Shown: positions 7,847 through 21,343 of the stretch, piece after piece
Layout: every line of letters begins with the position of its first letter
Position numbering within the stretch: the stretch's first letter is position 1
Origin: an uncultured delta proteobacterium
GTDB taxonomy: Bacteria > Myxococcota_A > UBA9160 > JAFDET01
NCBI GenBank assembly: GCA_947260035.1
Contig: CAMYOO010000040.1
Location: 1 to 51,287 of the forward strand
Direction of reading: 5' to 3'
DNA: 51,287 bases
Program-made: the position numbers and the translations under genes
The notes under the pieces: generated by a model
Told to the model about the DNA's origin: nothing
What the model saw: the letters and a program-made list of their open reading frames with translations, nothing else
Database searches by the model: none

Positions 7847-8443
7847 TTAAGACGCGCGGGTGCCGAGCCGCGGAACGAAGCGCGGCACCTGACGACTGTA
7901 CTCCCGGTACTCGTCTCCGAAGCGATCGCGAAGCTCGCGCTCCTCCAGCACCGCGATCCACAAGATCGCGGGAAGCCACAGGAACCAAAGCACGTAGACC
8001 GCCAGGTAGTTGGTGATCAGCGCCCAGCCCATCAGCCCGAGCCAGAACTGCACGTAGCGCGGGTGTCGCACCCGGGCGTAGATCCCTGTCCGCACCAGAG
8101 GCGTCGCGTGCCGCTGCGGGGAGAGCTCCGGCAGCCCCACGATCAGCCCGACGCCGAACTCGCTCTGGATCTTGCCGCGCATCAAGCCCGACACGACGAT
8201 ACAGACCACACCGCCGGCCACAAGCGGCCAGCGCATGCCGCACTCCACCGCGAGAAGCGCGTCCCGCGCCCGGTAGAGCGCCACAGCCCCGAGCACCAAC
8301 CCACTCAGCACGATCGAGTAGGTGACCCTCGGCCCCCGCCGCCGCCAGAAGCCGATGAAGCCGTGGATCAGCGGCCAGTAGAGCAGCAACGGCGGCAACG
8401 TGCACACCAGGAAGAGCGCCACCGCGTAGCGAAAGCCATCCAT
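7847..8443 (-). CDS. Isoprenylcysteine carboxyl methyltransferase (ICMT)/phospholipid methyltransferase family membrane protein
   Basis: 198 aa and polytopic. It carries GIYARVRHPRYV and EERELRDRFGDEYREYSRQVPRFVP, the family C-terminal motifs. Confidence 0.85.
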   Translation of the reverse strand: MDGFRYAVALFLVCTLPPLLLYWPLIHGFIGFWRRRGPRVTYSIVLSGLVLGAVALYRARDALLAVECGMRWPLVAGGVVCIVVSGLMRGKIQSEFGVGLIVGLPELSPQRHATPLVRTGIYARVRHPRYVQFWLGLMGWALITNYLAVYVLWFLWLPAILWIAVLEERELRDRFGDEYREYSRQVPRFVPRLGTRAS

Positions 8444-8447
8444 GCTT

Positions 8448-9251
8448 TCAGGGTCCGGAATGCCTGCGCCGGCGGCAAGCCGGCGCCGTTACGGGGTCAA
8501 CGAACCCGGCGCGGCCCGCCGCCCACCGGCGCCGGCTGCGCACGGCCGCGAACTCGTACGCGTAGGCGCCGTTCTGCGGCGTCACCGCGAGCTGGCCCAG
8601 CCGATTGCCCGTGACGGCGTCGAACAGCCGCACGAACTGGGTGCCCATATCCGAGTCGCCCGATACGCCCACCTGCATCACCACCTGGACATTCACGCTG
8701 CCCTCGCTCGAGACGACCTCGATGGTTGCCGCCGCGGGGCCGTCGGGAAGGCCCGTCCGATTCACCTGGACGCGGTAGCTGCCGAGCCCAGCGCCGTCCA
8801 CGCTGTCCGCCACGACGGAGAGCCAGCCGCCCGAGTCCTCATTGATGGCGCTGATGCTCAACGAGCCGCCCCCGCCATTCGAGACCGCCATGGTGATCTC
8901 CGCGAGCACCGCACCGAAGTTGAGGGCCTGCGGGCTCACCACCAGCACGGGATCGAGCACCGGCGGGATGCCGTTCTCGAGATCCTGAGCCGCCGCCACC
9001 GCCGCGGCCGCATCGATCAGGCCGTGGCCGAAGAAGTCATCGCGCCCCGCTGCACCCAGGTCCTGGGTCATGGCTCCCGACGCCAGCAGCGCATCGAAGG
9101 AATCCGGGGTCAGCGTGGTGGGCGCCACCCCACGTGCAGGCGCGGCGAAGACGCCCACGACGGCCATCGTGAGCGCGATCACGGTTGCGCGTATCACCGG
9201 CCAACCGGCCAAAGTGGTCCTCTGCAAGTCATCCGAGCCTATCTGATGCAC
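8448..9251 (-). CDS. Secreted protein derived from the C-terminal part of a subtilisin (S8) protease, with no catalytic domain
   Basis: GTG start. Signal-like VIALTMAVVGVFAAPARG is followed by LTPDSFDALLASGAMTQDLGAAGRDDFFGHGLIDAAAAVAAA, which is the very end of an S8 domain. A beta-sandwich-like segment follows (LVVSPQALNFGAVLAEITMAVSNGGGGSLSIS...). None of the D/H/S catalytic motifs is present. Confidence 0.6.
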   Translation of the reverse strand: MHQIGSDDLQRTTLAGWPVIRATVIALTMAVVGVFAAPARGVAPTTLTPDSFDALLASGAMTQDLGAAGRDDFFGHGLIDAAAAVAAAQDLENGIPPVLDPVLVVSPQALNFGAVLAEITMAVSNGGGGSLSISAINEDSGGWLSVVADSVDGAGLGSYRVQVNRTGLPDGPAAATIEVVSSEGSVNVQVVMQVGVSGDSDMGTQFVRLFDAVTGNRLGQLAVTPQNGAYAYEFAAVRSRRRWAAGRAGFVDPVTAPACRRRRHSGP

Positions 9252-9314
9252 GGGATCGCGTCGCGTTCGCCGGACGCGCTCGCGGACGTGCGCAACCCCT
9301 TGCTAACATTGGGT

Positions 9315-9866
9315 ATGGACTACCTACAGGGACGACGATTCGAGGGCTTCGCCGGCGCGTTGGCGGCGCTCGGTGCGGCATTGCTGCTGGGCTGCGCAAG
9401 CCCTGCGCAGCCGGGCGGCATGACGCCGCGCCTGGCGCGGCCGGCCGCTGCGGCTCCGCCGCGCACGGTTTCGATCCAGACGACGGGGGGCGCCGAGACC
9501 TTCTCGCTCGGGCGCTCGAAGATCTCCAACGCGGCGTTTACCGAAGCGCTGGCCGATGCGCTTCGCGAGTCCGGCATCCTGGTCGCACTGGCCGATCAGT
9601 CAGCCGACTACCACCTGGCGGTCGCCATCGACGAGCTCGAGCAACCGCATGTGGCGTTCCCGATGAAGGTTCGCCTGACCACGTCGTGGAAGCTCTGGCC
9701 GCGCGACGATCACGAGCCGGTGTGGCGCGAGACGCTCTCCACCACGTACACGGAGCCCTTCGCCGAGGAGTTCTTCGGCATCAAGCGCCTACGCCTGGCT
9801 ACCGAGGGCGCGGCGCGCCAGAACATCGAGCAGGCCGTGGCACGCCTGTCCGAGAGCCTTCCCTAG
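9315..9866 (+). CDS. Lipoprotein, function unknown
   Basis: Internal ATG of ORF 8442..9866. A lipobox is present (AALLLGC at ALGAALLLGCASP). The upstream part of the long ORF is antisense to 8448..9251. Confidence 0.65.
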   Translation: MDYLQGRRFEGFAGALAALGAALLLGCASPAQPGGMTPRLARPAAAAPPRTVSIQTTGGAETFSLGRSKISNAAFTEALADALRESGILVALADQSADYHLAVAIDELEQPHVAFPMKVRLTTSWKLWPRDDHEPVWRETLSTTYTEPFAEEFFGIKRLRLATEGAARQNIEQAVARLSESLP

Positions 9867-9910
9867 CCCCTGAGCCGCCAGCGTGGCGCCAGGGCCTGCG
9901 ACGTTCCACC

Positions 9911-10807
9911 ATGGCGAGGGGTGCGACGGGGCGGAGCATGGCGGAGAAGGAAGGCCAAGGCGGAGCGCTGCGGATTCCGACCCTGCGCGGCCTGGAGGCC
10001 GAGCTGGCGCAGCGCATCGCGAAAGCCCCGCTGCGCCTCAACGAGTACGGCTACGACGCCTACGGCTTCCACCCGGAGACGGCCGCCCGGATGCTGGTGC
10101 CCGCGGCGCTCCTCTACCGCTACTGGTTCCGGGTGGAGACCCACGGGATCGAGCGCGTGCCGCCGGGCCCGGTGCTGCTGATCGGCAATCACTCGGGCCA
10201 GTTCGGCTACGACGGCTCGATGCTCGGCGTGGCGATGCTCCTCGAGGCCGAGCCCCCGCGTCTGGTGCGCGGCATGGCCGAGTACCTCTTCTGGCGTACG
10301 CCCTTCGCCGGAGTGGCCGCCTCGCGAAGCGGAACGCTCGTAGGGACGCCCGAGAACTGCGTCATGATGCTGCGCAACGGCGAGTGCGTGGCCGTCTTCC
10401 CGGAAGGCGCCCGCGGTGCGAACAAGCCCTTCCGCAAGCGCTACCAGCTCCAGCGCTTCGGGCAGGGCTTTCTGCGCATCGCACTGGAGAGCGGCGCGCC
10501 GATCGTGCCCGTTGGCGTCGTGGGCGCGGAGGAGCAGCAGCCGGGCTTCGCAAACCTGGAGAGCTTCGGCCACAAGCTCGGCCTGCCCTCCTTCCCGATC
10601 ACCATCACCCAGCCCTGGCTGGGTCTGTTCGGCTCGGCCATGGCGCTGCCGGTGAAGTACCACATCCACTTCGGCGAACCGCTGTTCTTCGAGGGCCGCC
10701 CCGACGACGAGGACGCCGTCATCCAGCGCCACGTAGACACCGTGAAGGACGCCATCGCCACCCTGCTCCGCCACGGCCTGGATGAGCGGCGCGGCATCTT
10801 CAGCTAG
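9911..10807 (+). CDS. Lysophospholipid/1-acyl-glycerol-3-phosphate acyltransferase family protein
   Basis: LLIGNHSGQFGYDG (acyltransferase His motif region), VAVFPEGARG (FPEG motif) and IVPVGVVGAEE. The start is ATG 9911; ATG 9938 is the alternative. Confidence 0.82.
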   Translation: MARGATGRSMAEKEGQGGALRIPTLRGLEAELAQRIAKAPLRLNEYGYDAYGFHPETAARMLVPAALLYRYWFRVETHGIERVPPGPVLLIGNHSGQFGYDGSMLGVAMLLEAEPPRLVRGMAEYLFWRTPFAGVAASRSGTLVGTPENCVMMLRNGECVAVFPEGARGANKPFRKRYQLQRFGQGFLRIALESGAPIVPVGVVGAEEQQPGFANLESFGHKLGLPSFPITITQPWLGLFGSAMALPVKYHIHFGEPLFFEGRPDDEDAVIQRHVDTVKDAIATLLRHGLDERRGIFS

Positions 10808-10838
10808 CCCCACCGGGGCCCCCAAGGAGGGTTCTTGA

Positions 10839-12281
10839 ATGGACAGCGCTTCTCACGACCTCGACGCCTGTGCCCAGGCCGCGCTGGTTCAGCGCGGCGA
10901 GGCGAGCCCGCGCGAGCTGGTGGAGGCCGCCATCGCCCGCATCGAGAAGCTGAACCCTGGCCTCAACGCGGTGATCACGACGCTCTTCGAGGAGGCGCGA
11001 GAGGCCGCCGCGTCTCCGGACTTGCCGGATGGACCCCTGCGAGGCGTTCCCTTCCTGCTCAAGGATCTGGGAATCGAGCAGGCCGAACAGCCTTGCTACC
11101 AGGGCAATCGCGCCCTGCGCGACGCCGGATTCCGCTCGCGGCGCGACTCCGCGCTCGGCGCCCGCTTCCGCGCGGCGGGGCTGGTCACCCTGGGCAAGAC
11201 CAACACCCCCGAGTTCGGCTGGACCTGCACGACGCAGCCCCTGGCGTTTGGGGCGACCCACAACCCGTGGGACCTGGAGCGCACGCCCGGTGGCTCGTCG
11301 GGAGGCTCCGCCGCGGCGGTGGCGGCCGGCCTCGTGCCGCTGGCCCACGCCAACGACGGCGGTGGATCGATCCGCATCCCCGCGTCGTACTGCGGGCTCG
11401 TGGGGCTCAAGCCGACGCGAGGGCGCGTTCCGGTCCCGGCTCGACTCGACGCCCGCATCGTCAGTGACCTGGTCGTGTGTCGAAGCGTGCGGGATGCGGC
11501 GGCCGCGTTGGAGGCGGTGCACGGGAACGAGCCTGGGGCTCCCTATCTCGCCCTGCCGCCCGAGCGCTCGTACTGCGCGGAAGTGGGCGCGGAACCCGGA
11601 CGGCTGCGCATCGGGCTGCTCACGCACCCCATCGGCATGCTCGACGCGATCCACCCGGAGTGCGTGGCCGCCAGCGAAGGCGCCGCCCGAGCGCTCGAAT
11701 CGCTCGGTCACACGGTCGAGCCCGCCTGGCCGGACGCGCTTCTCGACGCCGAGCGCGGCGAGCGCACCATGCCCATCGCGATCGGCGAGCTGCGCGCGGG
11801 CCTGGCGATCCACGGAAACGACACGCTCGGCCGGCCCTTCGCAGAGCCGGATGTCGAGCCCTTCACCTGGGCGATACGGGCCCCCGCCTATCCGACGGTG
11901 ACCGCAGAGGAGTATCTCGAGGCGCTGGAGTGGGAGCAGGCGTGGGTGGCCCGCGTGGTGCGCTGGTGGCGCCAGGATCACGACCTTCTCCTGACGCCCA
12001 CCGTCGGCGCGCCGCCGCCCACGCTGCGGGAGATGGAGCCGCCGCCCGACGAGCCGCTGGCGACCGTCCTGCGCGTCGCCCGGCAGGTGGCCTTCACGCA
12101 GCCCTTCAATCTGACCGGCCAGCCCGCGATCTCGCTGCCGCTCCACTGGACCGCGACGGGCCTGCCGATCGGCGTCCAGCTGGTGGCGGACATCGGGCGA
12201 GAGGACCTGCTGCTCCGCGTGGCCGCGCAGCTCGAACGCGCGCAGCCCTGGGCGGATCGCCGCCCGCTGCTGCACGCCTAG
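10839..12281 (+). CDS. Amidase (amidase-signature family)
   Basis: 480 aa. It carries the [14 protein letters not shown] signature plus the Ser-cisSer-Lys context (KDL..., [12 protein letters not shown]). AAGGAGGG lies upstream of the ATG. Confidence 0.92.
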   Translation: MDSASHDLDACAQAALVQRGEASPRELVEAAIARIEKLNPGLNAVITTLFEEAREAAASPDLPDGPLRGVPFLLKDLGIEQAEQPCYQGNRALRDAGFRSRRDSALGARFRAAGLVTLGKTNTPEFGWTCTTQPLAFGATHNPWDLERTPGGSSGGSAAAVAAGLVPLAHANDGGGSIRIPASYCGLVGLKPTRGRVPVPARLDARIVSDLVVCRSVRDAAAALEAVHGNEPGAPYLALPPERSYCAEVGAEPGRLRIGLLTHPIGMLDAIHPECVAASEGAARALESLGHTVEPAWPDALLDAERGERTMPIAIGELRAGLAIHGNDTLGRPFAEPDVEPFTWAIRAPAYPTVTAEEYLEALEWEQAWVARVVRWWRQDHDLLLTPTVGAPPPTLREMEPPPDEPLATVLRVARQVAFTQPFNLTGQPAISLPLHWTATGLPIGVQLVADIGREDLLLRVAAQLERAQPWADRRPLLHA

Positions 12282-12574
12282 AGCCGCAGCGAACGCCGGT
12301 TCCGGGACGGCAACTCTGTTCCGGGGCATGCCGAGCGCAGAATCTCGGGCGAGCGTGAAACTCCAATGCGCATCACTGGCCACCACCGGGCACGGCCCCG
12401 ACGGTCCGATACGGCCCCAACCGTTGATCCATCCCCACCCCGCCTTCGACGGCGACAGATGCGCCCGCAGGACTCGAGAGCGAAGCGGCTGCGAGCCCTG
12501 CCGGGCAATCTTGGAGAAAGAGACGTGCCGGAGGGCGCTCCGGGTCATGTGGGGTGCTCGACGTGTTGGTGGCG

Positions 12575-13024
12575 TTACGCCTGCTGATCGGGCCTGGCCG
12601 GCACGACGAGGACAGGACACCGGGCTCCCCGAATCGTCCCCTCCGTCGTGCTGCCGACCACCGCGCGATACAGGGCCCCATGGCCGTGTGAGCCGATGAC
12701 GATGGCGTCGACCTCGAGTCGCCTGCTCTCCTCGAGAAGCTTCTCGATGGTGCTGCCCGCGACGAGCAGCGCCATCGCGTCGATCCCCCGCTGGCGGAGT
12801 GCCTCGGCCTGCGCCTGGAGGTCGCGGTGCTCGCTGCGCAGCGTCCGAGCGCGGTGGCGGCGTACCCCCTCGGGACCGGGCGCGTAGCCGACGAAGTCGG
12901 GCTCGGGCGCGGCGATGTGGATCAGGAACAGCTCCGCCGAGTAGGCCTCGGCGAGCGAAGAAGCGAGGGCGACGACGCGCTCCGCGACCGGCGAGAAGTC
13001 GACCGCCGCCAGGATTCTCCGCAT
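12575..13024 (-). CDS. Universal stress protein (UspA family)
   Basis: Start moved to ATG 13024 (MRRILAAVDFS...). The C-terminal VIGSHGHGALYRAVVGSTTEGTIRGARCPVLVV is the Usp ATP-binding motif G-2x-G-9x-G(S/T). Confidence 0.88.
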   Translation of the reverse strand: MRRILAAVDFSPVAERVVALASSLAEAYSAELFLIHIAAPEPDFVGYAPGPEGVRRHRARTLRSEHRDLQAQAEALRQRGIDAMALLVAGSTIEKLLEESRRLEVDAIVIGSHGHGALYRAVVGSTTEGTIRGARCPVLVVPARPDQQA

Positions 13025-13453
13025 GCAGGTTCCCGTCATCGGCCCCCCGCAGATCTTACTGTTCCCGCAGGAGAGATCCTCCCCTCCCACCGGGCCGAAA
13101 CAGGATTCCACGAAGCCGGGTGGGTCGCGGCTGTCCTGGAGGGAGCCGCTAGTGCAGCCGCCTGCGCCGACGCTGGAGCCGCATCAGGCCGGGCAGGATC
13201 AGGGCCAGCTCGAAGCCGAGGCCGCACGGGCCCGCGCTCTCCTTGTTTCTCCACGGCGCATCGGCGCACTCGGGGTCGGGGACGCTGACCACGTATCCCG
13301 GCGCAGACAAGCCACCGTCAAGGTCAGGGCACGCCAGAGCCTCCGGCAAACCCGGGGCGGTTCAGGCTGTCACCTGGCTGTCGGGAGGGAGCGGTCGCGC
13401 GGATGGTGCAGCGCGGCCGCGACTCATAGCCAAGGCTGTTCGATGCCTTGGCT

Positions 13454-13529
13454 GGTGGGCGCGCCCCGACTCGAACGGGGGACTTCCTGCTTGTAAGGCA
13501 GGTGCTCTAACCAACTGAGCTACGCGCCC
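13454..13529 (-). tRNA. tRNA-Val (anticodon TAC), CCA encoded
   Basis: Hand fold: GGGCGCG TA GCTC AGTTGGTTA GAGC A CCTGC CTTACAA GCAGG AAGTC CCCCG TTCGAGT CGGGG CGCGCCC A CCA. All four stems are Watson-Crick. Confidence 0.95.
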
Positions 13530-13571
13530 GGAGCCAGGAGGGTAGCGCCCCCGGCCGGAGTGGGTCCTCGC

Positions 13572-14198
13572 CTATCGCTTGGCGATCAGGCCGTCGGAGG
13601 CGATGCGCTTGGAGACGGCCTTGGTGACGGACTTGATGGTGTCGGCGGTCGAGGACGGGTCGAAGGTGTCTGACTGGGCGGCCCAGATCAGGTCCGCCGT
13701 CTCGGCGTCGTAGAGGCGGGTCTCGAGCCGCACGATGGTGACGGTCTGCCAGTAGCCTGGCGTGTGGACTACGTCGTAGGCCGAGCCGTAGTAGCCGTAG
13801 AGCCCGCCGGCGTAGCCGCGGGAGACGTAGTCGGTGCGGGGCGGGATGTACTGCTTGTCCTCGTCCACCTTGAGCAGCCGCGTGACCACAACGGCCTCGA
13901 TGCCCCGCTGGCGCACCACCTCGCGCACCATCTCCTCGGAGAGCCGCTCGTCCGGGGGCAGGAACATGTAGCTCGGCGCCGCCTCTGCGCCGCGCTGATC
14001 CAGCTCTGCGGCGAAGGCGTCCTCGAAGCTGCGCTTGGTGACCGAGTTCTCGGCGATGCCGATCACCAGGATCCGCGTCACCGGAGCCCGCGGCACCTTG
14101 GCGTTCCAGACGGTGCCCAGGTCCGTGCGCGCCCCGCAGGCGAGGGACAGCGCCGCCAGCGCGACGAGAGCGGCGCTGCGCATCAGGGATCTACTCAT
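13572..14198 (-). CDS. Lipoprotein (possibly DUF4136-like)
   Basis: 208 aa with a lipobox (LSLAC) in [22 protein letters not shown]. Its start overlaps the stop of the upstream permease by 8 nt. The family assignment is tentative. Confidence 0.7.
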   Translation of the reverse strand: MSRSLMRSAALVALAALSLACGARTDLGTVWNAKVPRAPVTRILVIGIAENSVTKRSFEDAFAAELDQRGAEAAPSYMFLPPDERLSEEMVREVVRQRGIEAVVVTRLLKVDEDKQYIPPRTDYVSRGYAGGLYGYYGSAYDVVHTPGYWQTVTIVRLETRLYDAETADLIWAAQSDTFDPSSTADTIKSVTKAVSKRIASDGLIAKR

Positions 14199-15224
14199 AG
14201 GCCAGGGAGTCCACGATGTTCATGCCGGCTGCCTTTCGCGCGGGTTGCACGCCGAAGATCAAGCCTACGGCCACGCAGACTGCGAACGCCACGCCCACGC
14301 TCCAGGCGGAGATGGGCGCCTGCACGCCCAGCAGCAGTCCCACCAGCAGCGGCAAACCGGCGCCCAGTGCCACGCCGACGACCCCGCCCACCATGGACAG
14401 CAGCGCGGCTTCCAGCAGGAACTGGGTCAGGATGTCGCGGCGCCGGGCGCCGATGGCCAGACGGATGCCGATGTCGCGCGTCCGCTCGCGCACGGTGACC
14501 AGCATGATGTTCATGATGCCGATGCCGCCCACGATCAGCGAGATCCCGGCCACCGCCAGCAGCACCAGGGTGATGGCCTCGGAGACCCGCAGCGCCAGGT
14601 CCAGGAAGGGCTTGAGGGACTCGACCTCGATGCTCTCCATGCTGCGGTGGCGCGCGCTGAGCACGCGCTCGGCGATCTGCATCACCTGGGGCACGGCGGC
14701 GGCCGTGGCTCCGCGCATGTAGACCACGTCCACCTCGCGGTTGTCGTGGAGATGTCGCAACGTGGTGTAGGGAACGATGACCGTGAGGCCGGCGGCCTCG
14801 CTGCGCCTCACCACGGCCGCGGTGCCCACGCTCTCGCCGAAGATGCCCACGACGTCGAAGCGCAGGTCGTAGAGGCGCACGCTGGCGTCCGGCGGAAGCA
14901 CCCCGCCGTAGCGCCGTGTCGCCAGCTCCCGCGAGATCAGCGCCACCTTGGACCCGCTTTCCTCCTCCGCCGTTCGCAGGAAGCGCCCGGAGTAGATCCG
15001 CAGGTTGCGCACGCCGGCGTACTCCGGCGTGACGCCCAGCACGTTGACCGGCCAGGCCTGGCCCTTGATGGAGAGCGTGCGCGAGGTCTCGATGACCGGA
15101 GCCAGGGTGGCCACACCCTGCAGCGATTCGGCCAGGGCATCCACGTCCTCCGTGGTCACGAACTCGGGATTCACACCCTCGCTGGTACCCCGGGCCATGA
15201 CCAGGTTGGCCCCCACGCCCTCGA

Positions 15225-17858
<2,634 letters not shown>

Positions 17859-17888
17859 CGAGTCGGATTCTCCTCGGGGGGACGAGGC

Positions 17889-19762
<1,874 letters not shown>

Positions 19763-19899
19763 GGGCTCCGTCCATCGTTCCCGGCCTGCGGCCGGGCCTG
19801 TCTTGTTTTCGTCCGCACCTTGGGGGGAGGATAGACGCGGTTTGGCGCGGCTGCGCACCCGGGAAACCCAGGAGGTCTCCGGATGTGCGGGTTTCCGCG

Positions 19900-21207
19900 C
19901 TAACTATCCGAGGTTTCTTCGATTTTAGCTTCAGCGCAGAGGAAGGCAAGCGCCTTCTCATCCTTCAGCTGCACGCGCATGGCGTCCAAAAGCTCGCTGT
20001 CCTTGTAGACACTGCGCAGGGTCTGGGCATCCATGCCCTGGGACTCGGCCATCTCTTCCAGACGCGCGTCCAGCTCCTCGTCCGGCACCTCGATCTCGCG
20101 TTCCGCCGCCACCGCCTCCAGCAGCAGCGCCTCGCGGACGTCGCGTTCGGCCCGCGGCCGCCACGACTCGCGCCAGGCGTCGAGCTGGCCGTGCAGCTGC
20201 TCGTGGGGAACGGATGCCTCCAGCTCGCGATGGGCGCGGGAGAGCTGACTCTGGAGCCGCCGCTCGATCAGGCTGGCCGGCACGTCGAACTCCGTGCGCT
20301 CCACCAGCGAGTCCAGCACCGATTGGCGCAGTGCAGCATCGGCCTTGCTCTGCTGCTGCTCGGTCAGGTCGCTGCGGACGCGCTCGCGCAGGGCCGCCAG
20401 GTCTTCGAACTCGCCCAGGTCCTTGGCGAACTCGTCGTCCAGCTCCGGCATCTCGCGCCGCTGCACGCTGGCCACGTGCACCGCGAAGACGGCCTCCTTG
20501 CCGGCCAGCTCTTCGTTGGCGTAGTCGTCCGGGAAGGTCACGCTGACCTCGCGGTCCTCTCCCGTGCGGGATCCCTGGAGCTGATCCTCGAAGCCGGGGA
20601 TGAAGCGATCGCTGCCGATCTCCAGCTCCACGTCCTGGCCGGTGCCGCCTTCGAAGGGCTCGCCGTCGATGCGGCCGACGAAGTCGATCTTGAGCACGCT
20701 GCCCTGGGCGGCCGTGGTGCCCTCTTCCTCTTCCACGAGCTGAGCATTCTTCTCGCGCAGGTTCTCCATCTGCTCGAGAACGTCGGTATCGGAGACGTCC
20801 ACGGCGGGCTGGCTGGCCGGCAGGCCCTCCAAGGTGGGCAGCGCGATGCTGGGCTTGACCTCGATCTCCGCGGTGTAGCGGAACGGAGCATCCTCCTCGG
20901 GCGCCTGGGCATCGATGGAGGGCTCGGCCACCGGCCGCACGCCGGCCTCGGCCACGGCCTCGGGCAGACTCTCGGAGACCAGCAGCCGCTCGATCTCTTC
21001 GCGGACCTGGGGCCCGAACATCTTCTCCAGCACGCTGCGCGGAGCCTTGCCGGAGCGGAAGCCCTTGACCCGGGCACGCTTGGCCAGGTCGCGGTACGCG
21101 CGCTCGAAGGCGCGCCGCACGCGCTTGGGATCCACCTCGATCTCGAGCCGGCGCACGACCGGGCCCTCTTCGCTGGTGGTGACGCGAACCGCGCCCTCTT
21201 CGGCCAT
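19900..21207 (-). CDS. tig: Trigger factor
   Basis: 435 aa. N-terminal ribosome-binding motif GFRSGKAP. It occupies the conserved position upstream of clpP-clpX-lon. Confidence 0.95.
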   Translation of the reverse strand: MAEEGAVRVTTSEEGPVVRRLEIEVDPKRVRRAFERAYRDLAKRARVKGFRSGKAPRSVLEKMFGPQVREEIERLLVSESLPEAVAEAGVRPVAEPSIDAQAPEEDAPFRYTAEIEVKPSIALPTLEGLPASQPAVDVSDTDVLEQMENLREKNAQLVEEEEGTTAAQGSVLKIDFVGRIDGEPFEGGTGQDVELEIGSDRFIPGFEDQLQGSRTGEDREVSVTFPDDYANEELAGKEAVFAVHVASVQRREMPELDDEFAKDLGEFEDLAALRERVRSDLTEQQQSKADAALRQSVLDSLVERTEFDVPASLIERRLQSQLSRAHRELEASVPHEQLHGQLDAWRESWRPRAERDVREALLLEAVAAEREIEVPDEELDARLEEMAESQGMDAQTLRSVYKDSELLDAMRVQLKDEKALAFLCAEAKIEETSDS

Positions 21208-21244
21208 GGTCTGGAGTCTCCTGGGGTGACGAGGCGTTGGGGGA

Positions 21245-21329
21245 TGGTGCCGGGGACAGGACTCGAACCTGCACGCCCGAAGGCAGTGGCTCCTAAGGCC
21301 ACCGCGTCTGCCAGTTCCGCCACCCCGGC
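21245..21329 (-). tRNA. tRNA-Leu (anticodon TAG), long variable arm, CCA encoded
   Basis: Hand fold: GCCGGGG TG GCG GAACTGGCAGA CGC G GTGGC CTTAGGA GCCAC TGCCTTCGGGCGT GCAGG TTCGAGT CCTGT CCCCGGC A CCA. Confidence 0.95.
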
Positions 21330-21343
21330 TTCCGCCGCGGAGG

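Noticed and set aside
9185-9910. N-terminal 240 codons of ORF 9185..10807, and the first 290 codons of ORF 8442..9866.
   Set aside because: These upstream extensions overlap better-supported genes on the same or the opposite strand and lack family similarity. Internal starts give proteins with proper signal, lipobox or N-terminal motifs.
12282-12574. Convergent intergenic region between the amidase and uspA, with an ORF fragment (MTRSALRHVSFSKIARQGSQPLRSRVLRAHLSPSKAGWGWINGWG...).
   Set aside because: It belongs to a 606-aa antisense shadow ORF (10800..12620). It has no motif, no SD and an odd composition.
13428-13453. 8-bp hairpin AGCCAAGG-N10-CCTTGGCT directly after the tRNA-Val 3' end. Similar GC hairpins occur at 19780-19796 (upstream of clpP) and 7073-7098.
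   Set aside because: The stems are short, lack U-tracts, and are expected by chance at this GC content. Possible processing or terminator roles cannot be judged from the sequence alone.
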